A program made the position numbers and the translations under genes. 64,000 nucleotides of DNA from Anaeramoeba ignava BMAN (Eukaryota; Protista; Anaeramoebae), in the NCBI GenBank assembly GCA_028826165.1, contig JAPDFW010000017.1:1-64000 (forward strand). Reading direction: 5' to 3'. Of this stretch, positions 13,270 through 28,999 are shown one piece after another. A model generated the notes under the pieces. That model saw only the letters and a program-made list of their open reading frames with translations, was not told the DNA's origin and ran no database searches. Positions within the stretch are counted from its first letter, which is position 1, and every line of letters begins with the position of its first letter.

Positions 13270-14700
13270 ATAAATTATTTTGTTATAAATTTGTTTATAA
13301 TATATATAAATAAATTGATTTTTTTATTTTTAAATTTAAATTAAAAATAAATTGAAAAATAAATTTATATATTTTATATATAGAGAGAAATTGATTTTTT
13401 TATTTTTGAATTAAAATTATAAATAAATTGGAAATTAAATTAATAAATTATTTTTGTTATAAATTTGTTTATAATATATATAAATAAATTGATTTTTTTA
13501 TTTTTAATTTAAATTATAAATAAATTGAAAATTAAATTTATATATTTTATATATAGAGAGAAATTGATTTTTTATTTTTGAATATAAATTATAAATAAAT
13601 TGGAAATTAAATTGATTAATTATTTTGTTATAAATTTGTTTATAATATATATAAATAAATTGATTTTTTTATTTTTGAATTTGAAATTATAAATAAATTG
13701 AAAATTAAATTTATATATTTTATATATAGAGAGAAATTGATTTTTTATTTTTGAATATAAATTATAAATAAATTGGAAATTAAATTAATAAATTATTTTG
13801 TTATAAATATGTTTATAATATATATAAATAAATTGATTTTTTTATTTTTGAATTTGAATTATAAATAAATTAAAAAATAAATTTATATATTTTATATATA
13901 GAGAGAAATTGATTTTTATTTTTGAATATAAATTATAAATAAATTAAAAATTAAATTAAATTAATTATTTTATTATAAATTTGTTTATAATATATATAAA
14001 TAAATTGATTTTTATTTTTTTAAATTTTAATTATAAATAAATTAAAAATAAATTTATATATTTTATATATATAGAGAAATTGATTTTTATTTTTGAATAT
14101 AAATTATAAATAAATTGAAAATTAAATTAATTAATTATTTTATTATAAAATTTGTTTTATATATATATAAATAAATTGATTTTTTTATTTTTAATTTAAA
14201 TTATAAATAAATTGAAAATTAAATTTATATATTTTATATATAGAGAGAAATTGATTTTTTTATTTTTTGAATTAAAATTATAAATAAATTGGAAATTAAA
14301 TTAATTAATTATTTTGTTATAAATTTGTTTTATAATATATATAAATAAATTGATTTTTTTATTTTTGATTTAAATTATAAATAAATTGAAAAATAAATTT
14401 ATATATTTTATATATAGAGAGAAATTGATTTTTATTTTTGAATTAAAATTATAAATAAATTGAAAATTAAATTAATTAATTATTTTGTTATAAATTTGTT
14501 TATAATATATATAAATAAATTGATTTTTTTATTTTTAATTTTAAATTATAAATAAATTGAAAATTAAATTTATATATTTTATATATAGAGAGAAATTGAT
14601 TTTTATTTTTGAATATAAATTATAAATAAATTGAAAATTAAATTAATTATTTTATTTTATTATAAATTTGTTTATAATATGTATAAATAAATTGATTTTA
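13270..14700. repeat. Satellite S3, ~173 bp monomer, ~8 copies
   Basis: TAGAGAGAAA anchor at 13381, 13554, 13727, 13899 and onward. Confidence 0.95.
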
Positions 14701-15464
14701 AATTTTGATTTAAATTTGATTTAAATTTTGGAAATGAAAAAAATGAAATGAATTAGAAATAAATTATTGATTGATTATTAATTAATTGATTTGATATTTT
14801 CCAAAATCAAAATTTATTTAATAAAAATAAAATAAATAATTTAAAATAATAAATAAATAATAATAAATAATAATCAGATAAATTGAATCTAAATGAAGTG
14901 AAAAAGAAATTTAATTAATTACCTTTGATAAATTATAATTATAAATAAGTATAAATTTAGATTTTTGAAATTATTGATTTATTTTTTATTTTTATTTTGG
15001 GAAATTGGAGATGAATAAAATAAAATAAAATAAAATAAAGATTTTATCTAATAGAAATAAATAGAATAAATTAAATAAATTAATTCATAGAATTTGAAAA
15101 TAAATAAATTTAAATTTAAATAAATAAATATAAATAAATTAATTAATAAAGTAATTACAGATTTAGATATTAAATTGATTTAAAATAAATAAAAAGAAGA
15201 AGAGTTTTATTTGGGAATATTTTGGTTTTTATTTTTTATATTTTGGAGTTTGAATTTTTTAAACAAAAATAAATTTAATATAAATTTAATATTAATTTTT
15301 TTGTATTGATTTAATTTTGTATTATTTTATTCTAAATTTATAATAAATTTTTGAATTTTTAATATTTTTGGAATAAAATTAATATTAATTTTACATTATT
15401 TTTACATCATTAATCATAAATTTTTATCATTTACAATAAAAAAATGTCTGTAAATTGGGAGGAG

Positions 15465-17930
15465 AAATTAATAAATTATTTTGTTATAAATTTGTTTATA
15501 ATATATATAAATAAATTGATTTTTTTTATTTTTAATTTAAATTATAAATAAATTGAAAATTAAATTTATATATTTTATATATAGAGAGAAATTGATTTTT
15601 TATTTTTTGAATATAAATTATAAATAAATTGGAAATTAAATTAATAAATTATTTTATTATAAATTTGTTTATAATATATATAAATAAATTGATTTTTATT
15701 TTTAATTTAAATTATAAATAAATTGAAAATTAAATTTATATATTTTATATATAGAGAGAAATTGATTTTTTATTTTTTGAATATAAATTATAAATAAATT
15801 GAAAATTAAATTAATAAATTATTTTATTATAAATTTGTTTATAATATATATAAATAAATTGATTTTTTTTATTTTTAATTTAAATTGGGGAAATAAATTG
15901 AAAAATAAATTTATATATTTTATATATAGAGAGAAATTGATTTTTTATTTTTTGAATATAAATTATAAATAAATTGGAAATTAAATTAATAAATTATTTT
16001 ATTATAAATTTGTTTATAATATATATAAATAAATTGATTTTTATTTTTAATTTAAATTATAAATAAATTGAAAATTAAATTTATATATATTTTTATATAT
16101 AGAGAGAAATTGATTTTTATTTTTGAATATAAATTATAAATAAATTGGAAATTAAATTAATAAATTATTTTATTATAAATTTGTTTATAATATATATAAA
16201 TAAATTGATTTTTTTATTTTTGAATTTAAATTGAAATAAATTGAAAATTAAATTTATATATTTTATATATAGAGAGAAATTGATTTTTATTTTTGAATAT
16301 AAATTATAAATAAATTGGAAAATTAAATTAATTAAATTATTTTGTTATAAATTTGTTTATTATATATATAAATAAATTGATTTTTATTTTTTAATTTAAA
16401 TTATAAATAAATTGAAAATTAAATTTATATATTTTATATATATAGAGAGAAATTGATTTTTATTTTTGAATATAAATTATAAATAAATTGAAAATTAAAT
16501 TAATTAATTATTTTTTATTATAAATTTGTTTTATAATATATATAAATAAATTGATTTTTTTATTTTTGAATTTAAATTATAAATAAATTGAAAATTAAAT
16601 TTATATATTTTATATATAGAGAGAAATTGATTTTTTTATTTTTGAATATAAATTATAAATAAATTGAAAATTAAATTTATAAATTATTTTGTTATAAATT
16701 TGTTTATAATATATATAAATAAATTGATTTTTATTTTAAATTTAAATTATAAATAAATTGAAAAATAAATTTATATATTTTATATATAGAGAGAAATTGA
16801 TTTTTATTTTTGAATATAAATTATAAATAAATTGAAAATTAAATTTAATAATTATTTTGTTATAAATTTGTTTATAATATATATAAATAAATTGATTTTT
16901 TTATTTTTAATTTAAATTATAAATAAATTGAAAATTAAATTTATATATTTTATATATAGAGAGAAATTGATTTTTATTTTTGAATATAAATTATAAATAA
17001 ATTGGAAATTAAATTAATTAAATTATTTTGTTATAAATTTGTTTATAATATATATAAATAAATTGATTTTTATTTTTAATTTAAATTATAAATAAATTGA
17101 AAATAAATTTATATATTTTATATATAGAGAGAAATTGATTTTTTTATTTTTGAATATAAATTATAAATAAATTGAAAATTAAATTAATTAAATTATTTTG
17201 TTATAAATTTGTTTATAATATATATAAATAAATTGATTTTTATTTTTAATTTAAATTATAAATAAATTGAAAATTAAATTTATATATTTTATATATAGAG
17301 AGAAATTGATTTTTATTTTTGAATATAAATTATAAATAAATTGAAATTAAATTAATAAATTATTTTATTATAAATTTGTTTATAATATATATAAATAAAT
17401 TGATTTTTTTATTTTTAATTTTAAATTATAAAATAAATTGAAAATTAAATTTATATATTTTTATATATAGAGAGAAATTGATTTTTATTTTTGAATATAA
17501 ATTATAAATAAATTGGAAATTAAATTAATTAATTATTTTGTTATAAATTTGTTTTATAATATATATAAATAAATTGATTTTTTTATTTTTAATTTAAATT
17601 GAAATAAATTGAAAATTAAATTTATATATTTTATATATAGAGAGAAATTGATTTTTATTTTTGAATATAAATTATAAATAAATTGGAAATTAAATTAATT
17701 AATTATTTTATTATAAATTTGTTTTATAATATATATAAATAAATTGATTTTTTTATTTTTAAATTTAAATTATAAATAAATTGAAAATTAAATTTATATA
17801 TTTTTATATATAGAGAGAAATTGATTTTTTTATTTTTGAATATAAATTATAAATAAATTGAAAATTAAATTAATTAATTATTTTGTTATAAATTTGTTTT
17901 TATAATATATATAAATAAATTGATTTTAAA
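15465..17930. repeat. Satellite S3, ~14 copies
   Basis: Same anchor every ~170-175 bp. Confidence 0.95.
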
Positions 17931-18682
17931 TTTGAATTTAAATTTTGGAAATGAAAAAAAATGAATTAGAAATAAATTATTGATTTGATTATTAATTAAT
18001 TGATTGATATTTTCCAAATCAAAATTTATTAATAAAAATAAAATAATTTAAAATAATAAATAGATAAATAATAGATAATAATCAGATAAATTGAATCTAA
18101 ATGAAGTGAAAAGAAATTTAATTAATTAATTACCTTTGATAAATTATAAATATAAATAAATATAAATTTAGATTTTTGAAATTATTGATTTTTTATTTTT
18201 ATTTTTATTTTGGGAAATTGGAGATGAATAAAATAAAATAAAATAAAGATTTTATCTAATAGAAATAAATAGAATAAATTAAATAAATTAATTCAGAATT
18301 TGAAAATAAATAAATTTAAAAGTAAATTAATTAATAAAGTAATTACAGATTTAGATATTAAATTGATTTAAAATAAATAAAAAGAAGAAGAGTTTTATTT
18401 GGGAATATTTTGGTTTTTATTTTTATATTTTGGAGTTTGAATTTTTTAAACAAAAATAAATTTAATATAAATTTAATATTAATTTTTTTGTATTGATTTA
18501 ATTTTGTATTTGTATTAATTTATTTTAAATTTATAATACAGTCGTTTTCGATTGACTGAGGATGAAATAATGTAAATTTATACAAAAAAATTTTTAAAAA
18601 ATTAATAAAAAAATAACAAAAAAAAAATGAAAAAAAAATCATAAAAAATTTTTTTCATTTTTTTTTTCATTTTTTTTTCCAT

Positions 18683-19245
18683 TTCAATTTTTTATCCAAA
18701 TCTAGAATAATTTTTAGTTAAGAAATTGCAACCAAACGTTACTCAGTCTTCAACTTGATATTATTTTCATTTTTTTTTTCATTTCAATTTTTTATCCAAA
18801 TCTAGAATAACTTTCAGTTAAGAAATTGCAACCAAACGTTAGTTAGTCTTCAACTTGATATTATTTTCATTTTTGTCAATTTTTTTTTACATTATTTTTT
18901 ACATTATTTTTTACAAATTTTTTTCATTTTTTTTTCATTTCAATTTTTTATCCAAATCTAGAATAACTTTTAGTTAAGAGATTGCAACCAAACGTTACTC
19001 AGTCTTCAACTTGATATTATTTTCATTTTTTTTTTTTCAATTTTTACATTATTTATATCAATTTTTTATCCAAATCTAGAATAACTTTCAGTTAAGAGAT
19101 TGCAGCCAAACGTTACTCAGTCTTCAACTTGATATTATTTTCATTTTTTTTTTTCATTTCAATTTTTTATCCAAATCTAGAATAGCTTTCAGTTAAGAAA
19201 TTGCAACCAAACGTTACTCAGTCTTCAACTTGATATTATTTTCAT
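18683..19245. repeat. Five ~88 bp direct repeats (D array) separated by T-rich linkers
   Basis: Core TATCCAAATCTAGAATAACTTTCAGTTAAGAAATTGCAACCAAACGTTACTCAGTCTTCAACTTGATATT, copies starting ~18683, 18783, 18939, 19058, 19158. Confidence 0.95.
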
Positions 19246-20211
19246 TTTTTTTTTTCATTTTTTTTTATTATTAAAATCTAAAATAATTTTTCATTCATAA
19301 ATTATAAATAAATCGTAATTAATTATAATCAAACTTTACATTGTTTTGATTTTGATTTTGGTTTTTATTTTGATTTTTATTTCAAAAATGATAAATAAAA
19401 AAATCATTTCTTTTTATTTTATTTATTGAAAAATATAAATAGAAATATAAATATAAATATAAATTATGTGTTATTTGTCTTCTTAAATGAAAATAAATCA
19501 ATTCATTTGGTTTGTAAAGTATTCATTCAATAGTTTCTAAATCATTTTTAAAAAGCAAAATTATCCAAATAAAGAGAGAAATAAATCAAATTAAATCAAT
19601 CAATCAATCAATCTTAAAATAAATCTGAAAATAAATCTGAAAATAAATCTGAAAATAAATCTGAAAATAAATAAAATAAATCTTAAAATAAATCTGAAAA
19701 AAATCAATCTGAAAATCAATCAATTTATTTTTCGTTATTTTTGTTTTAAATTATCAACAACAAGAACAAGAACAATAACAACAATAAGAAATTTCCTTCA
19801 ATAAATGTAAATTATAACTAAAATTAAAAATTAAAAATTTAGAATTAATATTAATAAATTTATTTTGTTAATGAATAGTTTTTTTGTTTTGATTATTGAT
19901 ATTGAAAGAAAAATTGATTTTAATATTATTAATATTAATATTAATATTGATTATTTTTTGATTCTTTTATATTTTAAATAATTAAAAAGATTTTGTTAAT
20001 TATTTTTGAATCTTGTATTAATTAATTTAGAATCAATTAATTAATTAATTAATTATAAATTCTTTTCATTTTTGATTTTTGATTTTTGATTTTATAAAGA
20101 TTACATTAATTAAAATGTTTTTGAAAGTGAATTTTTTTGTTTTTTTGTTTTTAAAAAATAAAAGCACTAATCAAAATTTTCAATTTAAAACCTATTTAAC
20201 CTAATAAAAAA

Positions 20212-20865
20212 TAATAGAAATAAAATAATAAATTTAAATTTATTATTTAATTATTTATAATTGAAATAAAAATAATAAAAATATTTAATTAAATAATTAA
20301 TAATAAAAATAAATAATAAAAAATAATTTTATAATTTGAAATAAATATAAAATTAATAATAGAAATAAAATAATTAATTTAAATTTATTATTTAATTATT
20401 TATAATTGAAATAAAAATAATAAAAATAATTTAATTAAATAATTAATAATAAAAATAAATAATAAAATATAATTTTATAATTTAAAATAAATATAAAATT
20501 AATAATAGAAATAAAATAATTAATTTAAATTTATTATTTAATTATTTATAATTGAAATAAAAATAATAAAAATATTTAATTAAATAATTAATAATAAAAA
20601 TAAATAATAAAATATAATTTTATAATTTAAAATAAATATAAAATAAATAATAGAAATAAAATAATTAATTTAAATTTATTATTTAATTATTTATAATTGA
20701 AATAAAAATAATAAAAATATTTAAATTAAATAATTAATAATAAAAATAAATAATAAAAATAATTTTATAATTTAAAATAAATATAAAATTAATAATAGAA
20801 ATAAAATAATTAATTTAAATTTATTATTTAATTATTTATAATTGAAATAAAAATAAAATTAAATT
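20212..20865. repeat. Satellite S2
   Basis: Counterpart of 5125-5925 in the second higher-order unit. Confidence 0.93.
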
Positions 20866-21507
20866 TTTAAATTTTTAAGTAAATAAATAAATAAATTTAC
20901 TTTTGAATTGAATTGAATTGAATTGGATTGGATTGGATTGAATTGAATATTTTATTCTTTTATGAGATTTCCTTTCATTTTATTGATATTATTTTTATTT
21001 TTATAATTATTCTTTGAGAAAAAAAAATGAAAAAAATGAAAAAAATGAAAAATGAAAATTAGAAAAATAAATTAATTATTAATTTATTAATGATATTTTC
21101 CAAATCAAAATTTATTTCAAAACAAATAATAAAAACAAAAATAATTTAGAATAATAAATGAATAAATAAATAAATAAATGAATAAATAAATAAATAAATA
21201 ATCAGATAAATTGAATCTAATCTAAATGAAGTGAAAAAGAAGTTCCATTAATTCAATAATTAATTAAATAATTAATTAATTAATTTTGGTAAATTGTGGA
21301 TTATAAATAATGATTTTTTTTTTGGAAGAATTGAAAATGAATAAAATAAACATTTTATCTAATATAAAAATAAAATATAAGTAAAATTAATTAATTAATT
21401 TATAAATTATTAAATTTTGTGAATTAAAATAAACTTACAAGTAAATTAGTTAATAAAGTAGTTTTGGATTTAGATATTAAATTGACTTCTTTTTGAATTT
21501 TTTTTTT

Positions 21508-23260
21508 GAAATAAAAATAATAAATTAAATAATTAATAATAAAAATAAATAATAAAATATAATTTTATAATTTAAAATAAATATAAAATAAATAATAGAA
21601 ATAAAATAATTAATTTAAATTTATTATTTAATTATTTATAATTGAAATAAAAATAATAAAAATATTTAATTAAATAATTAATAATAAAAATAAATAATAA
21701 AATATAATTTTATAATTTAAAATAAATATAAAATTAATAATAGAAATAAAATAATTAATTTAAATTTATTATTTAATTATTTATAATTGAAATAAAAATA
21801 ATAAAATATTTAATTAAATAATTAATAATAAAAATAAATAATAAAAATAATTTTATAATTTAAATTTAAATATAAAATTAATAATAGAAATAAAATAATT
21901 TAATTTAAATTTATTATTTAATTATTTATAATTGAAATAAAAATAATAAAAATAATAAATTAAATAATTAATAATAAAAATAAATAATAAAAATAATTTT
22001 ATAATTTAAAATAAATATAAAATTAATAATAGAAATAAAATAATTAATTTAAATTTATTATTTAATTATTTATAATTGAAATAAAAATAATAAAAATATT
22101 TAATTAAATAATTAATAATAAAAATAAATAATAAAATATAATTTTATAATTTAAAATAAATATAAAATTAATAATAGAAATAAAATATTTAATTTAAATT
22201 TATTATTTAATTATTTATAATTGAAATAAAAATAATAAAAATATTTAATTAAATAAATAATAATAAAAATAAATAATAAAAATATAATTTTATAATTTAA
22301 AATAAATATAAAATTAATAATAGAAATAAAATAAATAATTTAAATTTATTATTTAATTATTTATAATTGAAATAAAAATAATAAAAATATTTAATTAAAT
22401 AATTAAAATAATGAAAATATAAAAAATTTTAAATTTTTTAAATTAAAATAAATATAAAATTAATAATAGAAATAAAATAATTAATTTAAATTTATTATTT
22501 AATTATTTATAATTGAAATAAAAATAAAATAAATAAATTAAATAATTAATAATAAAAATAAATAATAAAATATAATTTTATAATTTGAAATAAATATAAA
22601 ATTAATAATAGAAATAAAATATTTAATTTAAATTTATTATTTAATTATTTTCTTTTATAATTGAAATAAAAATAATAAAAATATTTAATTAAATAAATTA
22701 ATAATAAAAATAAATAATAAAATATAATTTTATAATTTAAAATAAATATAAAATTAATAATAGAAATAAAATATTTAATTTAAATTTATTATTTAATTAT
22801 TTATAATTGAAATTTAATTAAATTTTTAAATAAATAAATAAAAAAAAATAAATAATAAAAATAATTTTATAATTTAAAAAAATAAATATAAAATTAATAA
22901 TAGAAATAAAATAATTAATTTAAATTTATTATTTAATTATTTATAATTAAAATAAAAATAATAAAAATAATTAATTAAATAAATAATAATAAAAATAAAT
23001 AATAAAATATAATTTTATAATTTTAAAATAAATATAAAATTAATAATAGAAATAAAATAATTAATTTAAATTTATTATTTAATTATTTATAATTGAAATA
23101 AAAATAATAAAAATATTTAATTAAATAATTAATAATAAATATTAATAATAAAAAATAATTTTATAATTTGAAATAAATATAAAATAAATAATAGAAATAA
23201 AATATTTAATTTAAATTTATTATTTAATTATTTATAATTGAAATAAAAATTTAAATTAAA
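21508..23260. repeat. Satellite S2, ~12 copies
   Basis: Counterpart of 6552-7855. Confidence 0.93.
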
Positions 23261-24088
23261 TTTTTAAATTGTAAATAAATAAATAAATAAATAAATTAAT
23301 AATCTAAATTTACTTTTAAATTAATTTGAATTTGAATATTTTTTTAGTGTTTGGTGTTTCCTTTCATTTTCTAAAGGTAATTTTTATATTTATATTTATA
23401 TTTATAAATATTCTTTGAAAGAAAAAAATGAAAAATGAAAAATGAAAAATGAATTTGGAAATTTAAAAATAAAAATTATTAAAAAACAAAAACAAAAACA
23501 AAAACAAAAACAAAAAATGAATTAGAAATAAATTATTGATTTATTTTATTTTATTATTTATTAATCAATTAATGATATTTTCCAAAATCAAAATCAAAAT
23601 TTATTTATTATTTAAAAATAAAAACAAAATAAATAAATAAATAAAGTAATTTAAAATGATAAATAATTTAGAATAATAGATAAATCTAATTTAATCTAAT
23701 CTAATTTAATTTAATTGAAAAAAGAAATTCCATTAATTAATTTTGATAAATTATAATTATAAATAATGATAGATATTAATAAATATAAATTTAGATTTTT
23801 GGAATTATTTTTATTTTGGAAATGAAGATGAATAAAATAAAATAAAATAAAATAAAATAAAAACATTTTATCTAATATAAATATAAATATAAAAATAAAA
23901 TAGAATAAATATTAATTATAAATAGAATAAAATTAATTAATTTATTTATTTTTGGAAATTAAAATAAACTTACAAATAATAAATTAGTTAATAAAGTAAT
24001 TTTTGGATTTAGATATTAAATTTACTTGAAATAAAAATATATAAATATAAATATAAATATAAATATAAATATAAATATAAATATAAAT

Positions 24089-24261
24089 ATAAGAAAGGAT
24101 CATATCGCGTACTTTGTCGTTTTTCGAGTAAATGCCCCAATGTCTTTCAACTTCACCTCCCCCAATGCACCGGCCTTCGGCCTCTCCGCTACGCTACGGC
24201 GGGGAGGCTCAGTTGACGACTTGGGGCTTTACACGAAGACGACAAATGTCGCGTTTCTTAT
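24089..24261. ncRNA. GC island A, copy 2
   Basis: Identical to 8678-8850 by eye, offset 15411. Confidence 0.5.
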
Positions 24262-24379
24262 TTATTTCTTTTCATTATTGTTCTTATATTGTTCAATTTT
24301 GATTAGAATTATTAATTATTAAATTGATTTTAAATTGATTTAATTTGGATTGATTAATAATTAATAATTAGAAATAAAT

Positions 24380-24482
24380 AAGGGCGTAGACTCGGGTGAG
24401 TATGTTAACACCAGCTTTTTCTTTGGGCGGGTGGCTAATTTCAAAGCTTAAAACATTGCCAAAGATGAACATCCCCCTTTTT
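24380..24482 (+). other. GC island B, copy 2
   Basis: Same as 8969-9070 except C5 instead of C4 at the 3' end. Confidence 0.35.
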
Positions 24483-25216
24483 TATTTTTATTTTTATTTT
24501 TATTTTTATTTTTATTTTTATTTTTATTTTTATTTTTATTTTTATTTTTATTTTTATTTTCATTTTTCAAATTTTCAATAGATTTATTTATATATTATAT
24601 ATATAAATAAAAAAGAAAAATGAAAGAAGAAGAAAAAAATGAATTCCACTTTTTAAAAAAAAAATCCACAAAAACATTTTTTTTCCATTTTTTTTTTCAA
24701 TTTTTTTTATTTAAATTTAGAATAATTTTAATTAAGGAATTGTATCTAAATTTCAATTACTTTGAAAGTTTATATTTATTTTTATTTTTATTTTCATTTT
24801 TTTTTGTTTATATTATTTATTTACTTCAATCTTTTTTATTTATTTATTTATTTATTTATTAATTAATTAAAATCTAAAATAATTTTTAATTTATAAATAA
24901 ATAAATAATAAATAAATTAATTAATTACATTCAAAGTTTACATGATTTTGATTTTGATTTTTATTTTGATTTTGATTTTGATTTTGATTTTGATTTCAAA
25001 AATGTTAAATAAATAAATAAATAAATAAAAAATCATTTCTTTTTATTTTATTTATTGAAAATATAAATATAAATATAAATATAAATATAAATATAAATAT
25101 AAACATAAATTATGTGTTATTTGTCTTCTTAAATGAAAATAAATCAATTCATTTGGTTTGTAAATTATTTATTCAATAGTTTCTAAATCATTTTTAAAAG
25201 CCAAATAAATAAATAT

Positions 25217-26430
25217 CAATCTGAAAATAAATCTAAAAATAAATCTGAAAAAAATCTTAAAATAAATCTGAAAATAAATCTTAAAATAAATCTAAAAATA
25301 AATCTAAAAATAAATCTGAAAAATAAATCTTAAAAATAAATCTGAAAATAAATCTGAAAATAAATCTTAAAATAAATCTGAAAATCAATCTGAAAATAAA
25401 TCTTAAAATAAATCTGAAAATAAATCTGAAAATAAATCTTAAAATAAATCTGAAAATAAATCTTAAAAATAAATCTGAAAATCAATCTGAAAATCAATCT
25501 GAAAATAAATCTGAAAATAAATCTGAAAATCAATCTGAAAATAAATCTGAAAATAAATCTGAAAATAAATCTGAAAATAAATCTGAAAATCAATCTGAAA
25601 ATAAATCTGAAAATAAATCTGAAAATAAATCTGAAAATAAATCTGAAAATAAATCTGAAAATAAATCTGAAAATAAATCTGAAAATAAATCTGAAAATAA
25701 ATCTGAAAATAAATCTGAAAATAAATCTGAAAAATCTGAAAATAAATCTGAAAATAAATCTGAAAAAAATAAAATAAAAATAAATCTAAAAATAAAAATG
25801 AAAAATAAATCTGAAAATAAATCTGAAAATAAATCTGAAAATAAAATCTTAAAATAAATCTGAAAATAAATCTGAAAATAAATCTGAAAATAAATCTGAA
25901 AATAAATCTGAAAATAAATCTGAAAATAAATCTGAAAATATAAATCTGAAAATAAATCTTGAAAATAAATCTGAAAAATAAAATCTGAAAATAAATCTGA
26001 AAATAAAAAAAAAAATAAATCTGAAAATAAATCTAAAAATAAATCTGAAAATAACGAAAAAATAAATCTGAAAATAAATCTAAAAAAATAAATCTGAAAA
26101 TAAATCTGAAAAATAAATCTGAAAATAAATCTGAAAATAAATCTAAAAATAAATCTTAAAATAAATCTGAAAATAAATCTGAAAATAAATCTGAAAATAA
26201 ATCTTAAAAAAATAAATCTGAAAATAAATCTAAAAATAAATCTGAAAATAAATCTTGAAAATAAATCTAAAAATAAATCTTAAAATCTGAAAAATTTGAA
26301 AATAAATCTGAAAAATAAATCTGAAAATAAATCTGAAAATAAATCTGAAAATCAAATAAATCTAAAAATAAATCTGAAAATAAATCTGAAAATAAATCGA
26401 AAATAAATTAAAAATAAATCTGAAAATCAA
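25217..26430. repeat. (AATAAATCTGAA)n 12-bp minisatellite
   Basis: Direct inspection. Confidence 0.95.
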
Positions 26431-28999
26431 TCAAATTTTTCGTTATTTTTGTTTTAAATTGAAAATACAACAAGAAAATAAAAAAAAAATAATTTGAAAA
26501 TAAATCTGAAAAATTAAAATTAAAAAAAATGAAAAAATTAAAAAAATTTGAAAAATTAATATTAATAAATTTATTTGAAAAAATGAATAGTTTTTGTTTT
26601 GATTATAAATATTGAAAAAAAAAAATTAAATTTTAAATATTATTAAATATTTTTGATTATTTTTGATTTTTGATTTAAAATTATTTTAAATAATTAAAAA
26701 ATTTTGTTAATCTGAAAATTTTTCAATTAAATTAATTAATTTTCCCAAAATCAATTAATTAATAAATTAATTAATTATAAATTTTTCATTTTTTTTTGAA
26801 ATTTTTCATTTTAAATTTTTGATTTTATAAAAGATTACATTAATTAAAATGTTTTTGAAAATAATTTAAATTTTTGTTTTTAAAAATAAAAGCACTAATC
26901 AAAAATTTTCAATTTTAAAACCTATTTAACCTAATAAAAAAAAAAAAATAAAAAATAAAATAAATTAAAATTAATTAATAAATTGAAAAAATCTGAAAAT
27001 AAATCAAAAAATTTTGAAAAATTTTTGAAATAAAATTATTTAAAATAAATTTATTGAAAATTAAATAAATATTTATAATAAATAACTATTTAAATAAATA
27101 ATTAAAAATAATTGAAAATAAAATTAATAAAATTAAATTTTATTTTTGAAAAATTATAAAATTATTATTCAAATAAATAAATTAAAAGGAAAAATTTAAA
27201 ATTATTTATAATTATAAATAAAAATAAAATTAAAAATTAAAAATTTAGAATTTTTTAAATAAATTTTATTATTTTTGAATTGATTTGAATTATTATTGAA
27301 TTGAATTGATTTTTGATTCTTTTATATTTTAAATAAATAAATATTTTTTATTATTTTTTGATTTTAATTTCTTTCAATTTCATTTTGATTTTTGATTTTT
27401 GATTTTTATTGAAGGTAATTTTTTTATTTTTATTTATTTTTATATTTAAAATAAGAAAAATGAAAAATAAAAAATGAAAAATGAAAAATAAAAAATCAAA
27501 AATTTTCAATTAAAACCTATTTAAATAATAAAATTAATAAATTAATTAATGATATTTTAGAAATCAAAATCCATTTAAAATTTATAAATAAAATATAAAT
27601 AAAAATAATTTGGAATAAAATTAATAAATGAATAAAAATAAATAAATAAATAAAATAAATATAAAATTAATAATAGAAATAATCTAATCTAATTTAATCT
27701 AATTGAATTGAAAAAAATAAGTTTAAATTTTAATTAAATAAATAAATAAATAAATACTTTTAATTGAATTAATTAAATTTTGGTGGATTGAATAATTAGT
27801 TTTTGGATTATAAATAATGATTTTTGAAGAATTTAAATTTAATAAAATAAAAATTTATGAAAAATAAAAATATAAAATTATTAATTAATTAATGATATAA
27901 TTAATTAATAAATTTATAAATTTTTATGAATTAAAAATAAACTTTACAAGTAAATTAGTTAATAAAGTAGTTTTGGATTTAGATATTAAAATTGTCTTGA
28001 AATAAAAGTTTTCCAAAATAAATAAAAAAATATTTAATTTTTAAATTTGGAATTAATAATAAAAATGAAAATAATAAAATATAATTTTATAATTTAAAAA
28101 TAAAAAATAATAAAATTAATAATAGAAATAAAATAAATAATTTAAATTTAAAATAAATAAAAATAAAATAATAAAATATAATTTTATAAAATTTTAAATT
28201 AAATAAATAAAAATTAAGAATATAAAATAAAATCAATAATTAAATTAAAATAAAATTAATAAAATAAAAAAATCAAATAATAAAAAAAATAATAAAATAA
28301 TAAAATAATAAAATGATAAATATTTTAAAATGAATACAGACATTTTAGAATTTAAAAACTTATAAAAATTAATAATCAATTTTTATTTTTATTTTTATTT
28401 TTATGGAATATTTTGAATCAATAAAAAAAGAAAAGAAAAGAAAAGAAAAAGAAAAATTGGATTTTTAATTTATTTATTTTAGATAAAAATATTAAAAGAA
28501 ATGAAACAAACAAAACAAAACAAATTTGATGATTTTTTTTTGTTTCTAAATAAAACATATAAAAATAATATCAATTTGATTTTTTTTTTATATTTATATT
28601 TAGATTTTATTTTCAGAACAAATTATCAATAGATTTTGAATTTTGAATTTGGTTTAAATTTTGAATTTAAATTTTGAATTTAAATTTTGATTTAAATTTT
28701 GAATTTAAATTTTGATTTAAATTTGAATTTAAATTTTGGAAATGAAAAATGAAATGAAATAAATTATTGATTGATTATTAATTAATTGATTGATATTTTC
28801 CAAATCAAAATTTATTTAATAAAAATAAAATAATTTAAAAAATAAATAAATAAATAAATAAATATAATCAGATAAATTGAATCTAAAAATGAAGTGAAAA
28901 AGAAATTTAATTAATTAATTAATTACCTTTGATAAATTATAATTATAAATAATGATAAAATAAATATAAATTTTAGATTTTTGAAATTCTTTGATTTTT

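Noticed and set aside
18556-18567. Hammerhead ribozyme core CTGAGGA..GAAA
   Set aside because: Only one base lies between CUGANGA and GAAA, so stem II is missing, and no stem III or cleavage triplet can be built.
18683-19245. CRISPR array
   Set aside because: Repeats are ~88 bp, linkers are low-complexity T-runs of very unequal length that resemble each other, and there are no cas genes in a eukaryote-like context.
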